NCBI GenBank assembly: GCA_951406725.2
Contig: OX597833.1
Coordinates: 22,320,001-22,384,000, forward strand
From: Octopus vulgaris
Taxonomy: Eukaryota
Length of the DNA stretch: 64,000 bases
Direction of reading: 5' to 3'
Positions within the stretch are counted from its first letter, which is position 1. Every line of letters starts with the position of its first letter. Of the stretch, positions 36,305-49,203 are shown piece by piece. The position numbers were made by a program, and so were the translations under genes. A model generated the notes under the pieces. That model saw only the letters and a program-made list of their open reading frames with translations. It ran no database searches and was not told the DNA's origin.

Positions 36305-38290
36305 TAACTGCTACAAGAGCAAAGGAGATGCACTAGAGTTAGAAACTACATGAGTGTCAAGTTTATGGACCAGGTTGTGAGAATTAGTGAAAGGGTTACA
36401 GCAAAACTGATTAGAAATAGAAGTATCCTTGATGAGATGCAGTATGGGTTTATTCCAAGAATATCCTCTTAATGAAAAAACTGCAGGAAAAGTACTTAAC
36501 TAAGAGTAAATTACTGTAACTCATATTTGTCAACATAGAAAAGGGTCTTTGACAGAGTGTCAGACTCTAATCTGGTGGTCACTAAAGAAACTAACCTTCG
36601 ATGGTTGTGCAAACCATATACAGTGGTGTACTTAGCAATGTGTACAGCACAACCATGAATTTAGTATGTAGGTAGTGGTCCATTGAAGCTCAATTTTTTT
36701 AGCCTCTTTAGTTTATCACTGTCCTCCAGACCATTACAGAAGAGTTTAAGACTGGTCAACTGTGGGAACTTGTATATGCTGGTGACTTAGTTCTTATAAC
36801 TGAATCAAAGGTTTAGAGAAGACATTCTAGATATGGAAACAGAACCTAGGATTGGCAGACCCTCTCTTTTATGCCCATTTACAACTTCCTTGGTAAATTT
36901 TCTGTAGTAAACCATGGAGGGTTTACTATGAGACTTGTTGCAGGCAGATGATTTGATGTTAATAGCAGAGAGCATGGATTGATTGAAGGGGGAGATGAAT
37001 AGGCAGAAGGTCTGTATGGCAGTAAAACGTATGAATGTGAATGTTAGAAAAGCAAAGGTGATGGCAAATGATAAAGCAGGTGGTTGAGGTGGCAGAACAG
37101 GGAATGTGTGCAGGCAGGTTCTTCAGAGCTGTTGTAGTATGAGGGGATTATTAATGAATAGGTGCAGGAGTGGCTGTGTGGTAAGTAGCTTGCTTACGAA
37201 CCACATGATTCCGGGTTCAGTCCCACTGTGGCACCTTGGGCAAGTGTCTTCTACTATAGCCTCAGGCCAACCAAAGCCTTGTGAGTGGATTTGGTAGGCA
37301 GAAACTGAAAGAAGCCCGTCGTATATATATATATATGGGGATGTAAACACACCAGCATTGGTTGTCAAACGATGTTGGGGGACAAACACTGACACATAAA
37401 CATACATATATATATCATCATCATCATCATCACGGACGTTAAACGATGATGATGATGATGATGATATATATATGTATGTTTATGTGTCAGTGTTTGTCCC
37501 CCAACATCGTTTGACAACCAATGCTGGTGTGTTTACGTCCCCGTAACTTAGCGGTTCGGCAAAAGAGACCAATAGAATAAGTACTAGGCTTACAAAGAAT
37601 AAGTCCTGGGGTCAATTTCTTCAACTAAAGACGATATTCCAGCATGGCCGCAGTCAAATGACTGAAACAAGTAAAAGAGAATGTGGTAGTTACACTTAAG
37701 TATGACATGTCTAAGGTTAGAACCGTAGATGGGAGGGAGGGAATGTGAGTTAGCTCTTGAAAGAACATGAAGATAGAAGGTGTGAAGACATTTTGTTACC
37801 TAGGTGATAATTTGAATGAAGAATGTAAATTGAACTTAGTAAAAGTAGCTAGAGTAGATGTGCATGAAAGAAGTTCTAGGAACTGAGAGGTATGATAATG
37901 GGAAAGGAAATGTCACTGAAACTGATGAGAAAGTTATATGCTGTATGTATAAGAAGCGTCAAGACTGATAGGAGTAAAGACATCAGTGATGAATGTGGAG
38001 CAACAGAGGAGAGAAATGAGAATGGTTTAGTGAATGAGTGTTGTTGAGAGGGAGGAGTTTAAGCAATGAATTGCTGAGAGTGATGGAAATAGAGTCACTG
38101 ATGGATAGAATGAGAAGACTAGGTCGTATACTGAGGAAGGTTAAAGGTGACAGAAATGAATGTGGGAGGATGTAGAGAAAGGGGGAGCAAGACAGATGTG
38201 GTTAAAAATAATAGAAGGAGGCTGTCCAAGGGATGTAGAAGTTAGGGCAAAATGACATGTCTAACCCCTGCTTTGGCAGGGAAAATAGCC
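36305..38290 (+). mobile_element. Two degraded RTE-clade LINE reverse-transcriptase remnants, interrupted by a SINE
   Basis: YKSKGDALE, DEMQYGF, LQEKYL, FDRV, WELVYAGDLVL (36305-36850); then LLQADDLMLIAES, FCYLGD, KFREL, KLYAVCIRS (36910-38290). Confidence 0.8.
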
Positions 38291-39009
38291 TTGAAACATT
38301 TGTTTCCAAGGGCATCCTGGCATTAGGAAGGGCATCCAGCTGTAGAAACATTGCCAGATCAGACTGGGCCTGGTGCAGCCTTCTGGCTTCCCAGACCCCA
38401 GTTGCACCGTCCAACCCATGCCAGCATGGAAAGCGGACACTAAACGATGATGATGATGAACCCTTTAGCATTCAGATTACTCTGTCAACTGTAATACATA
38501 TTCATTCACATTGATTTGAATTAATCCTGCATTATCTTTGTAGTTTTGAGATTTCAATGGTGTGCTTGCTTATATTTTGAATGACATTGTTAGGTATAGA
38601 TGAGAGGCCAGATTTGGCCAGTTTTAACATAAAACAGGTAGAAAATTTGGGGCCAGATATGGCTTGTATGCTAAAAGGTTAAAGGTAAAAAGAATAAAGG
38701 ATTGAGCTTTTAAGTTTTCTTTCTTTGCATTCTGTGTCAGATTAGACCAAAGATAAAAAAAATTATTTCATGCATTTGTTAAGAGTGAAGAGTGAGAATA
38801 ACAAGAACTGTTTAGTTTGTGCATGCAGAATGACTTTGCCTTTAACCATGTTGGATTATTAAAATTAAGTTTGTTATATCCTGATTTCAGTTTATTGACT
38901 GGGTAACCCTTTCTTACAATTTTTTGATCTTATTTCAACACCAGAAAGGAATATCATATTATATGAAGATGGGGAAAAAATGTTTGTCTTTTTTTTTCTT
39001 TTTCTGTAG

Positions 39010-39149
39010 GAGGTTGCCAGAATGGATTAGCAATGGCAGAAGATGCTGATCCTGTTGAAGGGGAAGAGGAAGAAGCCACTGTAGAAACAGATGATGGAGC
39101 AAGCGAAGAAGCAGGGACAGTTGAAACAGAATCTGCTGTATCAGATAAA
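39010..39149 (+). CDS. SSR1: SSR1 exon 2 (GCQNGLAMAEDADPVEGEEEEATVETDD...SDK)
   Basis: Polypyrimidine tract plus TAG acceptor, GTGAGT donor, acidic lumenal N-terminal region typical of TRAP-alpha. Confidence 0.93.
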
Positions 39150-40113
39150 GTGAGTCATCCCTCTTGAGGTATAGTGGCTGATGATTGTCTTTTTCCATTC
39201 ACTCCATAAATAGTAAAGTATCAAGTTAAGTCACACAAAAGTTATTAAAGTGTCAAGAAAGCAGTGGATTGGCAGAACCAATTGAGGAACAACCAAAATA
39301 TGTCTTGCAGTCTTTACTTACATGCTTTTAACATTTTGTGTTAAAATCCTGCTGATATAAACCTTGCTATTCATCCTTCCAGGCTTAAGAAAGAAATAAA
39401 ATACCAGTCAAGTACTGGGGGCCTCTTATAGTTGACTATACCATGCCTTCACCCAGATGTGTGGACTTGTACCAATGCTAGAAGTCTGATAAAAGATCAG
39501 TGTGATCTGGTGATAACTCCATTTCATTCATTAATTTTACTATGATTGTTGCATGCATGCGTATGTATTATGTGCTATTCACATAGTAAAAGTAAAATGC
39601 TTAAGTTGATGTGTTAATGATGACCAGCACTTAATACCTGGTATAGGTGTCTTGTCAGTGTCCTATTTAACTGTGGCCTATAGAAACCAGGTTATCTTGT
39701 GGCTAATATCAAATGCAATCAACCGACATCTTATTGATGAGGAGATTGATCTCATCTGCTTCAGAAACTATCTTTGAGATCTTTTCGTTTGCAGAGATTT
39801 TTTATCATGCTATCTGTATTCCTGTAACTGGGTTTATTAATAAGGAAATATGAAGGTTAACAACTTTTAAAAATTGGAATCCACAGTTAATGAATTTATC
39901 AAAGTATCCATTGAAAAGCAATGAGGTTTTGCTTTATAGTTTTGAAATAGGAATTGAAGAAATAGTTTAATAAATGGACAACTTATTCAATTTAAATCTT
40001 ATTGGTGAGATTCAATTTTGTCACTTTTGATCATTTTTAAGAGTTTCTGCAACTAAAACTTTTGTCTTCTACTTATAAACTATCATGTTTAAATTTATTT
40101 GTTTTTACTTCAG

Positions 40114-40207
40114 GGAGAAGAAGAAGATGATGATGATGAAAAACCATTGAGTGCATCACCTTTTGCTGATACTTACATTCTTTTCATCAAGCCAGTGACA
40201 TCTACAG
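40114..40207 (+). CDS. SSR1: SSR1 exon 3 (GEEEDDDDEKPLSASPFADTYILFIKPVTST)
   Basis: TTCAG acceptor, AG|GTGAGG donor, ASPxADTxILF motif as in human ASPSADTTILF. Confidence 0.95.
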
Positions 40208-40951
40208 GTGAGGATATCTTCAGAGTAATTATTTGAAAATATTCTGCCTTCATATCAGAAGTTTAGAATCTGATTACTGAGCATATTTAATTATCAATAT
40301 TAATTAATTTTAGACTTAACCATAAATTATTAATCAATAGATAATCAATACAAAACTTTAGCTATCAAACTGAGCTTACATATTCTGTCACAATTCATAA
40401 CTCAAGTATATTATATAGTTATAATATTAGTATAATTTCTATATAATGCTTTTGTGGCTTCATAGATAGGCTTTAAATGTTTATATAATTGTTGTGAATA
40501 TTTGGACTGTAGCTACTAGTTATAAAGTTAAATTTTATAACTATGGACACCTTCTTTACATTTGACGGATATTTGTCAAATGTAAATAATGTACATAATT
40601 CCTCATCTCTTAAATATAGAACTGTGTAATACCTTATAATGATTAAGAACTTTCTTGTGCTTAAAAGAGTAGTTAATAATACTGACCTAGTTTTAGGCTC
40701 CAGTTAAAATATTTTACTTTTCTCTTGAAGTATTTCTTAGTCTTACCCAGAAACACTAAATACTATAACAGTCCATATATTTTAGCAGACTGGAGAGCCA
40801 TGGTAATTAGTAGTCAGATGTTGGCTAATATAACTACCCTACTCTCTCTCTCTCTCAGCCACAGAATTTCTGAAAGTAGTGTTAGTTTGTTATGGCCCAA
40901 CATTTCAAGTGGTAGCACTTTATTTAGTCATTTCATCTATTTCATATATAG

Positions 40952-41079
40952 AACTGCCAGCTGGAAAGCCTGTTCGGATATTAGTTGGTTTCACGAATAT
41001 TGGCAAGAATGACTTTACTGTTGACACTATGGAAGCTTCTCTTAGATATCCTCAAGACTTCTCATTTTATATCCAGAAT
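40952..41079 (+). CDS. SSR1: SSR1 exon 4 (ELPAGKPVRILVGFTNIGKNDFTVDTMEASLRYPQDFSFYIQN)
   Basis: Conserved TRAP-alpha core, also visible in ORF 40879..41100; TAG acceptor and GTAAGT donor. Confidence 0.97.
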
Positions 41080-41215
41080 GTAAGTGTCACAATTTCCTGA
41101 ACTATAATTTATTTGTGTGTGTGGTTATGAGTTTGAATTTTTTTTAAAACCCAATGTCAGATGTCTGTGAGATGTTATATATCTATGTTGGTGATTATAT
41201 CTGTGAATGATCACA

Positions 41216-42243
41216 CAGGGCTGTGGAGTCAGTGCACAAAACCTTTGACTCTAATTCTTTGATTTATAATTAACCACTGACCCCACCAACTATGCCTTCT
41301 CCCTTTTTTTTTAATCAGACTAACCATATTTCTTACAAACACAAATTTGGCTAGTGTGAATCATTAAGGTACTTTTTTATCACCCTAACTTGTTTAAGTT
41401 TGGGGTTTAGAGGCATGATGTTGCTTTTTTTAAACATAATTTGATAAGTTAAACTAATTAGAACAAAACATACAAAATTAAAAGAAGCAGTTTTAAGTAA
41501 TGGATATAAATAAAATAAACTATTAAATTCTATGAAAAATACTTTGTGTACTATTTCTAAAATCTAGTGTGCCAAAGTTAAAACTAAAGGAGCTGAACAC
41601 TTAAAGCAATTTAAGCAATAACCATTTTGAAAGAAATAAACTAAATTAGATTCATAACCCTTTATTTCTGAGAATAAAGCATTCTTTGATTATAAAATTA
41701 TAATCATGAAATAAAAATTATGTTGTAAAATATTGGAAAGTTTATCCTTACAGAATTTATTATAGAAACATCACCATTTTTATTTTCCAACCGCCACTCA
41801 TTTCCAAGTGAGGTTGTAATCTCCCAGTCTATTAAACAAATAAATGTCTGGGCAGGTTTTAAGTGTGGAACTGGAACACCATTTAAGGAGCCTTTGTTTA
41901 CAAAGGTGGTGAACTGGCAGAAACGTTAACACGCTGGGCGAAATGCTTAGCGGTATTTTGTCTGCCGCTACATTCTCAGTTCAAATTCCACCGAGGTCGA
42001 CTTTGCCGTTCATCTTTTCGGGGGTCGATTAAATAAGTACCAGTTACACACTGGGGTCGATATAATCGATTTGATCCATTTGTTTGTTCTTGTTTGTCCC
42101 CTCTGTGTGAAGCCCCTTGTGAGTAGTAAAGAAATAAGATTGTGTAACATGACATGTAGCCTGGAAACTCTTTCAAAGTGGACTACATACAAGCTAATGG
42201 TGCCAACAGGAAGCCATTGTTTACAAACCAGTGAACATAACGG

Positions 42244-42282
<39 letters not shown>

Positions 42283-42700
42283 TGAAAGGCTTCTTTAGTT
42301 TCTGTCTACCAAATCTACTTACAAGGCTATAGTAGAAGACACTTACCCAAGGTGCCACTCAGTGGGACTGAAACTGAAGCCATATGGTTGGGAAGCAAAT
42401 ATCTGAACCACACAAGAATACCTGTGCCTACATTACATCAAAGCAACAGCTAAACCAAAATCCAAAATCAACTGATATTATATTCTTAGAAACAGTATTT
42501 CTTCTATCAGATCCTTTTAAATAGAAGTTCTCCCATCTAATTTGATTATTTTCAGTGCAGAAATATCAAATTACTATTTGTCAAACTGGAAATTTTGAGA
42601 CATTATATTACAATTAACATTTAACTAGAGTTCATACAGTTTTACTAACTCCTACCCCAGCAATCCAATAATTGCTTCTGAATCTGATTCCACAGCTTTG
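41216..42700. mobile_element. Non-autonomous hAT element in SSR1 intron 4 with nested SINEs
   Basis: TIRs CAGGGCTGTGGAGTCAG / CTGATTCCACAGCTTTG; perfect 8-bp TSD TGATCACA at 41208-15 and 42701-08. Confidence 0.82.
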
Positions 42701-43318
42701 TGATCACACAGAATATTTGATTGAATAGTCAGTCTATATTTTAACTTAGATATTCATTTCTTTAATCTCAGACAAGCTTCTGTATAACCAGTTTCTTGTT
42801 CAAAGAAATTCTCATCATCTGCACTATTAATGTTTGCTTGTTGATAGATTGACAACATTTTCTGTTGTAAATTAGATCCAGATGCTGGTGTTGCTTCATG
42901 CTTTGACCTCTGACTTCTTGGAATAGTTTTGTGGTTAAATTATCAAGTAGAAATATATTTTTTTAAGAAAACCTCATAACAGGTCGAATTGTTTACTGTA
43001 TTTATTAAAATTCTATTCTAGGAGAGCAAGATGTTCCAAGGTAGGTAATGTTTTTCTGTCTGTGACTGGTTTCATTATTAATAGTTAAGCTTGCTGTATG
43101 CTTCTTTGTGTTTGCTACTGCAGCTTTGCTGTAAGTTATTGAGACCTAAACCATTAGTTTCCATGAAGTCAGCAGCATCACTATTATACTTGTTACTAAA
43201 ACTGACGAATGTTGTGTAGAGTGGCATTATTATTGTCAGTTGTGTAAATATCACACAAGAATATTTTACATTAAGTAAGTAAAACATTATTTATCTATTA
43301 AACATTAATTTCTTTCAG

Positions 43319-43450
43319 TTCACCACAGTTCGTTATAACCAAGCTATAGAGCCCAAAAGACAGGCCAGCTTTGAATATGAATTTATCCCAAATGAAGCTT
43401 TACATGCTCGACCCTTTGGACTTGTTGTGAATATAAATTACCAGGATGCA
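43319..43450 (+). CDS. SSR1: SSR1 exon 5 (FTTVRYNQAIEPKRQASFEYEFIPNEALHARPFGLVVNINYQDA)
   Basis: TTTCAG acceptor, GTGAGT donor, QAxFEYxFIP and RPFGLV motifs. Confidence 0.97.
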
Positions 43451-46064
43451 GTGAGTTTAAATTTGATAAATAATCTATTCTCAGTACTGTAAAATTGTGG
43501 TAAATAGGGGTACAGGAATGTCTTTATCTCCAATTCATTATCATTCATAATGAGTAAATTATTTTCATACACTTCTTTTTCATTTTTATTAGCTTTTAAT
43601 CCAGAAAAAAACCTGTTACTATTATCACTATCATATCACTAGTTACATTGTCACTATCATATCTACCATCATCATTATCATTCAATGTATTCGTGTTTTG
43701 TAGTCAGAAAGACAACTCTATCCAGTTGTCTTTCCTTACCATAACCTACTGAGGTTAATTAATATTATTGTTATTGGTTTCTTAAAGCAAATTAAATGGT
43801 TTAAAACTTTAAATTCAACAATAGCAATAATTATTATTATTACTATTATTATAATCCTTTCTACTACAGGCACAAAGCCTGTAATTTGGAGATGGAGCTA
43901 GTCAATTACCTTGATCCCAGTGTTCAACTGGGACTTACTTTATTAACCCTATAAGGATAAAAGGCAAAGTCAACCTCAGCAGAATTTGTAGGGGAAGAAG
44001 CCAGTCAATTACATAGACCCCACTGCTCAGCTGCTGTTTATTTTATCAACCCCAAAAGAATGAAAAGCAAAGCCAACTTTGGTAGCATCTGAATGATAAT
44101 GATGACAATAATAATATTAATGTTCAATTTGTTGTTACCATTGATTATTTCTTTAATCATTCAACATTTATACTGGCTATATCCAACTCAAATATTCTGT
44201 TTTATGGTTCAACTTGTCCAGATCCAACTTCTCACACATGGTGTTGTTCTAAAAAATAATCAGATCTTCAAAATGTCAAAGCTACAAGATAATGCATGAT
44301 TAATTCAAAACTATGTGAATGAAGTGTCACCTTTTTTTTTAAGGTGGTAGGAGAGGCTTTGGGGAAATTTTTACTGCTTTTTCTAGCAAGACTTGACTGC
44401 CAAAATATTAATTAGCTGGCTCAAATGATTTCAGTTTGCTACCCATGCCAGCATGCTAGGTGGACATTAAACAATGATGGTAATGATTTGTTACCAGAAT
44501 TTTGATAACATTGTTTGTTTGTTTCTGCTGCTTGCTTATCCAAGTCATACACAACATTCTGTTAGTAAATTTCCTATCAAATGCTATTTAACATTACATA
44601 AATCACAACATTGCACATTTAGCTATATTTCACTATACAAACACACACACATTCACTCACCCAAACTCTGAGGTTTCCCATTCCTCTTCTCACTCATTTT
44701 CTCCCCATCCACATTTCTGCCTTTACCCCTATCTTTTGTTTTCTCTTCTCTCTCCCCACCTACTCTCAATATGATCCAATGTGTGTCTCCACTTCCAGTC
44801 CTACTCCCTTTTCACATTTAGCCTGCAATATAAACAGGTATCATAAATTCAGTATCATTTGTTTCTTTTTCTCTTTCCTTTCTCATTTCACTTCCTTATC
44901 TTTGATAAAAAGTATAACCCAAGCTGTTAAATCCTCTTCTAGTTCTTTCATGGGCATATTTGTTTCCATTGTACAGTTTTCAATTGTTTCGTTTCATATT
45001 TCTTTACTTTTTCTACCATGAATTCACTCATTATTTACTTGTTTGTCTCGCCTGTACCTCATAATATCATTTTGTTTGTTATATACCTATCTATCTATCT
45101 AGGTATGTAGGTATTTAGCGAGCTTTAATTCAAACTAAAATGCAAGGATACCTGAGCTTATCTGAAATGTATTGTATGTTCCTTGTTTAACAAATACTTT
45201 ACAATATACCTAGGCATAAATTGCATCTATTATATCTAATACAAATATCAGTTATGCCAAAACAGATAATAGAGCTTGGTGCAAACTGTCAAACTGTCAA
45301 ACTGTCCTATCCATGTCAGCATGGCAGATAGATGTTAAACAATGATGATGACAACTTTTTGATTTTCAGATAGTAAAATGTATTTACAGTGGAATATATG
45401 ACCACTTGGTTAACAAGACATATCTCAGGATATTTGTTGGTCTAACACTGTTTTCCTTCTAGCCTTTTGCAGTGAGTAAATTAGAAACAAAAATGTTTTT
45501 TAAATAGAAATTGGAAATAACATTTAATGGTCAGCATGAGCAAAGATGATCATCATCATTTAACGTCCGTTTTCCATGCTGACGTGGGTTGGATGGTTTG
45601 ATTGAAAACTGGTAAGCTGGGGAGCTGCACCATGTTCCAATCTGATTTGGTATAGTTTCTACAGCTGGATGCCCTTCCTAATGCCAACCACTCCAGGAGT
45701 GTATACGTGCCATTGGCACAGGTACCAGTTACAAAACACTGGCATCGGCCACAACCGCAATCTCACTTGGTTTAACAGCATATTGCCAAAGGTCTGTCAT
45801 TTGTCATTGCCTCTGTGAGGCCCAAAGTTCGAAGGTTGCTTTTTACATGCCACTGGCACGGATGCAAATTCTTTTCCTGGGACAAAAATGTCACTTGTAC
45901 TAATATAATTGAAATAATTACTCCATTATTTTAGGCAACTAGCCTTTTCAGCACACATTAGTTAGTGTTGTACACCAGTGGTAAACTATATATGTGCAGC
46001 ATTGCACAAGCACACAGCTTAGAGAAAATAAGGATCTAACAGACTAGAATTGATCTCTTTTCAG

Positions 46065-46144
46065 GAAGGTAACTTTTACCAGACTGCTGTATTCAATGAG
46101 ACTGTCAATATTGTTGAAACTGATGAGGGCCTCGATGGGGAGAC
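46065..46144 (+). CDS. SSR1: SSR1 exon 6 (EGNFYQTAVFNETVNIVETDEGLDGET)
   Basis: TTTTCAG acceptor, GTAAGT donor, AVFNxTV glycosylation sequon and GLDGET motif. Confidence 0.97.
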
Positions 46145-47809
46145 GTAAGTAATATGTATTTCTATTCACACACACACACATGCTAGTATTATTTCAGATC
46201 TGTCAGGAATATACAGGTACCCGCTTTTTTCAAGAAAGGAAGCAGAAACTCTAATTAGGTCCATATTCTTACAACAGTGATTTCCACCAAAGACAATCTC
46301 CCATCCAAAAGCAGACATGGTACTATAGGCTTCTTTTCACCTTCTGTCTGCCCAAGTTCACTCACAAAGCTTGAGGTCAGCCCAAGGTACAGTATAATGG
46401 CATCGAGTAATTATGAAGCAAACTTCTTAATTCTATGGGAGACAACCACGTGCACACACTACAACTGCTACTTTCAATTTCTGTCTACCAAATCCACTCA
46501 AGGCTTTGGTCAGTTTGATGCTATAGTAGAATACACTTGCCCAAGGTGCCACACAGTGGAACTGAACTTGGAACCATGTGGTTGGAAGCAAACTTCTAAC
46601 AACACAGCCATGCCCAGACTATATATTGTGTTTGTGGAGCCCCAATACGTTTTTGACTAGTTGCTACTATATCAAAGAAGGCGTTGGTAGGATTTGAACT
46701 CTAAGCATAAAGTGCCAGAACAAATACTACTAGATATTTTGTCCAGTGTTCAAACAATTTTGCCAATCCATGGCCCTAAATCATTTTTACCCTAATTGTT
46801 GTTTCCAATTTAGGTGCAAAGCTAGCAATTTTTGAGTTGGCTGGTATAGTCAATTACATTAACCTCAGTACATAACATAGTTTATTTCATCAACTTTGGA
46901 GGAATGGAAGTCAGGATTGAACTCAGAACATAAAGAGTTGGAAGAAATATTGCAAGGCTTTGTGTCCAGTACTCTAACAATTCTCCCAGTTCACTGCTCT
47001 AAATCATGTTAAAATATTATTATCAATTTTTGATTTAAAATGTGAAAACTGCCTAAGAGTTGTCTTTTGTTTTTGTATTAATCTTCATTCCCACTTCGTC
47101 ATCATTTCATACTCACTTTCCATGCTGGCATGGGTTAGGCAGTTTGACTGGAACTGATAAGCCAGAGAGCTGCACCAGGTTCTAGTCTTGATTTGGCAAG
47201 GTTACTACAGCTGGATGCCCTTCCTGATGCCAACCATTCTCAGAGTGTAATGTGTATGTTTTATGTGCCACCAGCAAGGGTGCCATTTACATGACACCGG
47301 CAACAGCCACAACTACAATTTCACTTGTTCTCAAGCACAGCCGATTTTGAAAGGTGTCAGTCACTTGTCATTGCTTCCGTGAGGCCTGACATTCAAAGAT
47401 CACACAACCAGCAACAGCCACAATTATGATTTCATGGATGCCATTTACATGGCACTGGTAATGGCCAGTTATTTGTAAATTAACATAATCCTTTCAATAC
47501 TAACCGACCTGAGGCTGTCCTTGGTTTTGTGCTACAAAACCTCCCTCTTTTGAAAGTGTTCATATTTGAATTAAAACCTTTCATCACAATTTATGTATGA
47601 ATCTGCTCCTGTTTAGTTATGTGCCAAACTCCAGTTTAATAATAACTGTTGTCTTATTAAATCCTTCCAAATACTTAGTTATTTTCAACAATAATTAAAA
47701 GTTATTAGGAAAATGGTCACAAAAGAATTAATGTAGTTTATCATTTGTGAATGTTGTTTGATCTTTCTGTTTCACGTCTTTATTTAATTTATTTCTTTTC
47801 TTTTTTCAG

Positions 47810-47888
47810 TTTCTTTCTCTATGTTTTCTTGGCTGCTGTCATTGTCTTGATACTCGTTGGAGCCCAGCAACTTCTTGCTTCATTTGGC
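47810..47888 (+). CDS. SSR1: SSR1 exon 7 (TM helix FFLYVFLAAVIVLILVGAQQLLASFG)
   Basis: Long pyrimidine tract plus CAG, GTAAGT donor, phase-2 start matches exon 6, hydrophobic TM segment. Confidence 0.96.
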
Positions 47889-48651
47889 GTAAGTAGAAAT
47901 AAAGTCAATTTTCATGATTTTTTTTATTGTATTGCATAATGTCAAGATGAACAAGGTACATCTTTTCTGGTTGTAGGGTTTAGATTCATATACTAAAGCA
48001 AACATTGCCGCCTCTTGTTTCTTGGATCAGAAGTTTTCTGAAAGACTACACTATTACATCATATCTGCATTCTAACAACTTTTATGTACCTGAATGTCTC
48101 CTACACTCTTTCTGTTCATTAAAGGTGACAACATTCTGTGGTCATTAACAACACCCATTCATATGCAGCTGGCACTTTGCTTTACACCTCCTTAAGCTTA
48201 CACTTCACTCCAAACATACATTAAATAATGAAACTCTTTAAGATTATCTTTCGATTGGAGACATGACAGCTAATCTACACATCACAATACATATCAAAGG
48301 AAACAGTCTTTCCCTCACCCTCAATGGTTGTGAACAACATCTAAAACATTAGATACTCAGCTTCACATTCTTCAATAACTGCATCAAAAAGACTGATTTT
48401 TCTTTAGATTTAGGAAGTACTTTGGCCTTGATCAGTTGCTGACATTACAAAGCTGATGATCATTTTGGAGTACAAATCACACAGTTGACTGTACTACTGC
48501 ACCCACTTTTAATCTAAGCTGCTTCCAAAAGGTCATTTGGCTGATTGACAAAAATTCTGCAATCACTAGTTTACAGATGCAGTTTCTTTCAACACTATTA
48601 CAGTAATCTCTGAACTGTTTTCTCTCTCTCTCTTATATATATATATATATA

Positions 48652-48817
48652 TAGGGAGAATTCACAAAAGACGAAGACAGGTGTTGTACAAAACAAACAG
48701 ATGTATTAGTATAACGTTTGGGAAGTGAAAAAGTATTTAACGTTTCGAGCCTACACTCTTCCACAGAAAGGAGTACTGAAAGAAACAAGGAGAGAAAATA
48801 AAGAATGTGTAGTGGCT
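48652..48817 (-). mobile_element. Penelope-like pLTR fragment with degenerate hammerhead-like motif
   Basis: Minus strand reads CTTT-CTGTGGA-AGAGTGTAGGCTC-GAAACGTT-AAA; abuts (TA)n; homologous to 62408-62636. Confidence 0.55.
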
Positions 48818-49100
48818 CCTCCTACACCACCACAAATTTTGCATTAAATACTTTGCCTCATCCTTCATTTCTGGAGCTCTACATTTTTTCCAACATAAAC
48901 CTCATCAAAGGGCAGTATCATATCTTATATATAAAGAACTGTACTAAAAATCATCAATTTCAGAAATTATTACTCATTAATTTTTGCCTTGAAAGTGTAG
49001 AAATGATTTGTTGAGATACTAATTAACAGAAAGTTTTATTTAAACTTCAGTACATAGCATTTAATGACAAAGTAAAGAAGATAGGCTCATTTCGTTTCAG

Positions 49101-49203
49101 AGAAAGACGAGAACAGTAAAGCCAAGAGTGACTGTAGAACTTGGTACAGAGAAGAACGATGTAGATTACGAATGGCTCCCAAAGGAAATACTTCAAGAAA
49201 TGA
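49101..49203 (+). CDS. SSR1: SSR1 exon 8 (RKTRTVKPRVTVELGTEKNDVDYEWLPKEILQEM)
   Basis: TTTCAG acceptor, GTAAGT donor, VExGT...DVDxxWxP cytosolic motif. Confidence 0.96.

Noticed and set aside
48060-48600. Possible degraded CR1/Jockey-like RT fragment
   Set aside because: Only faint motif resemblance with many stops; too weak to call.
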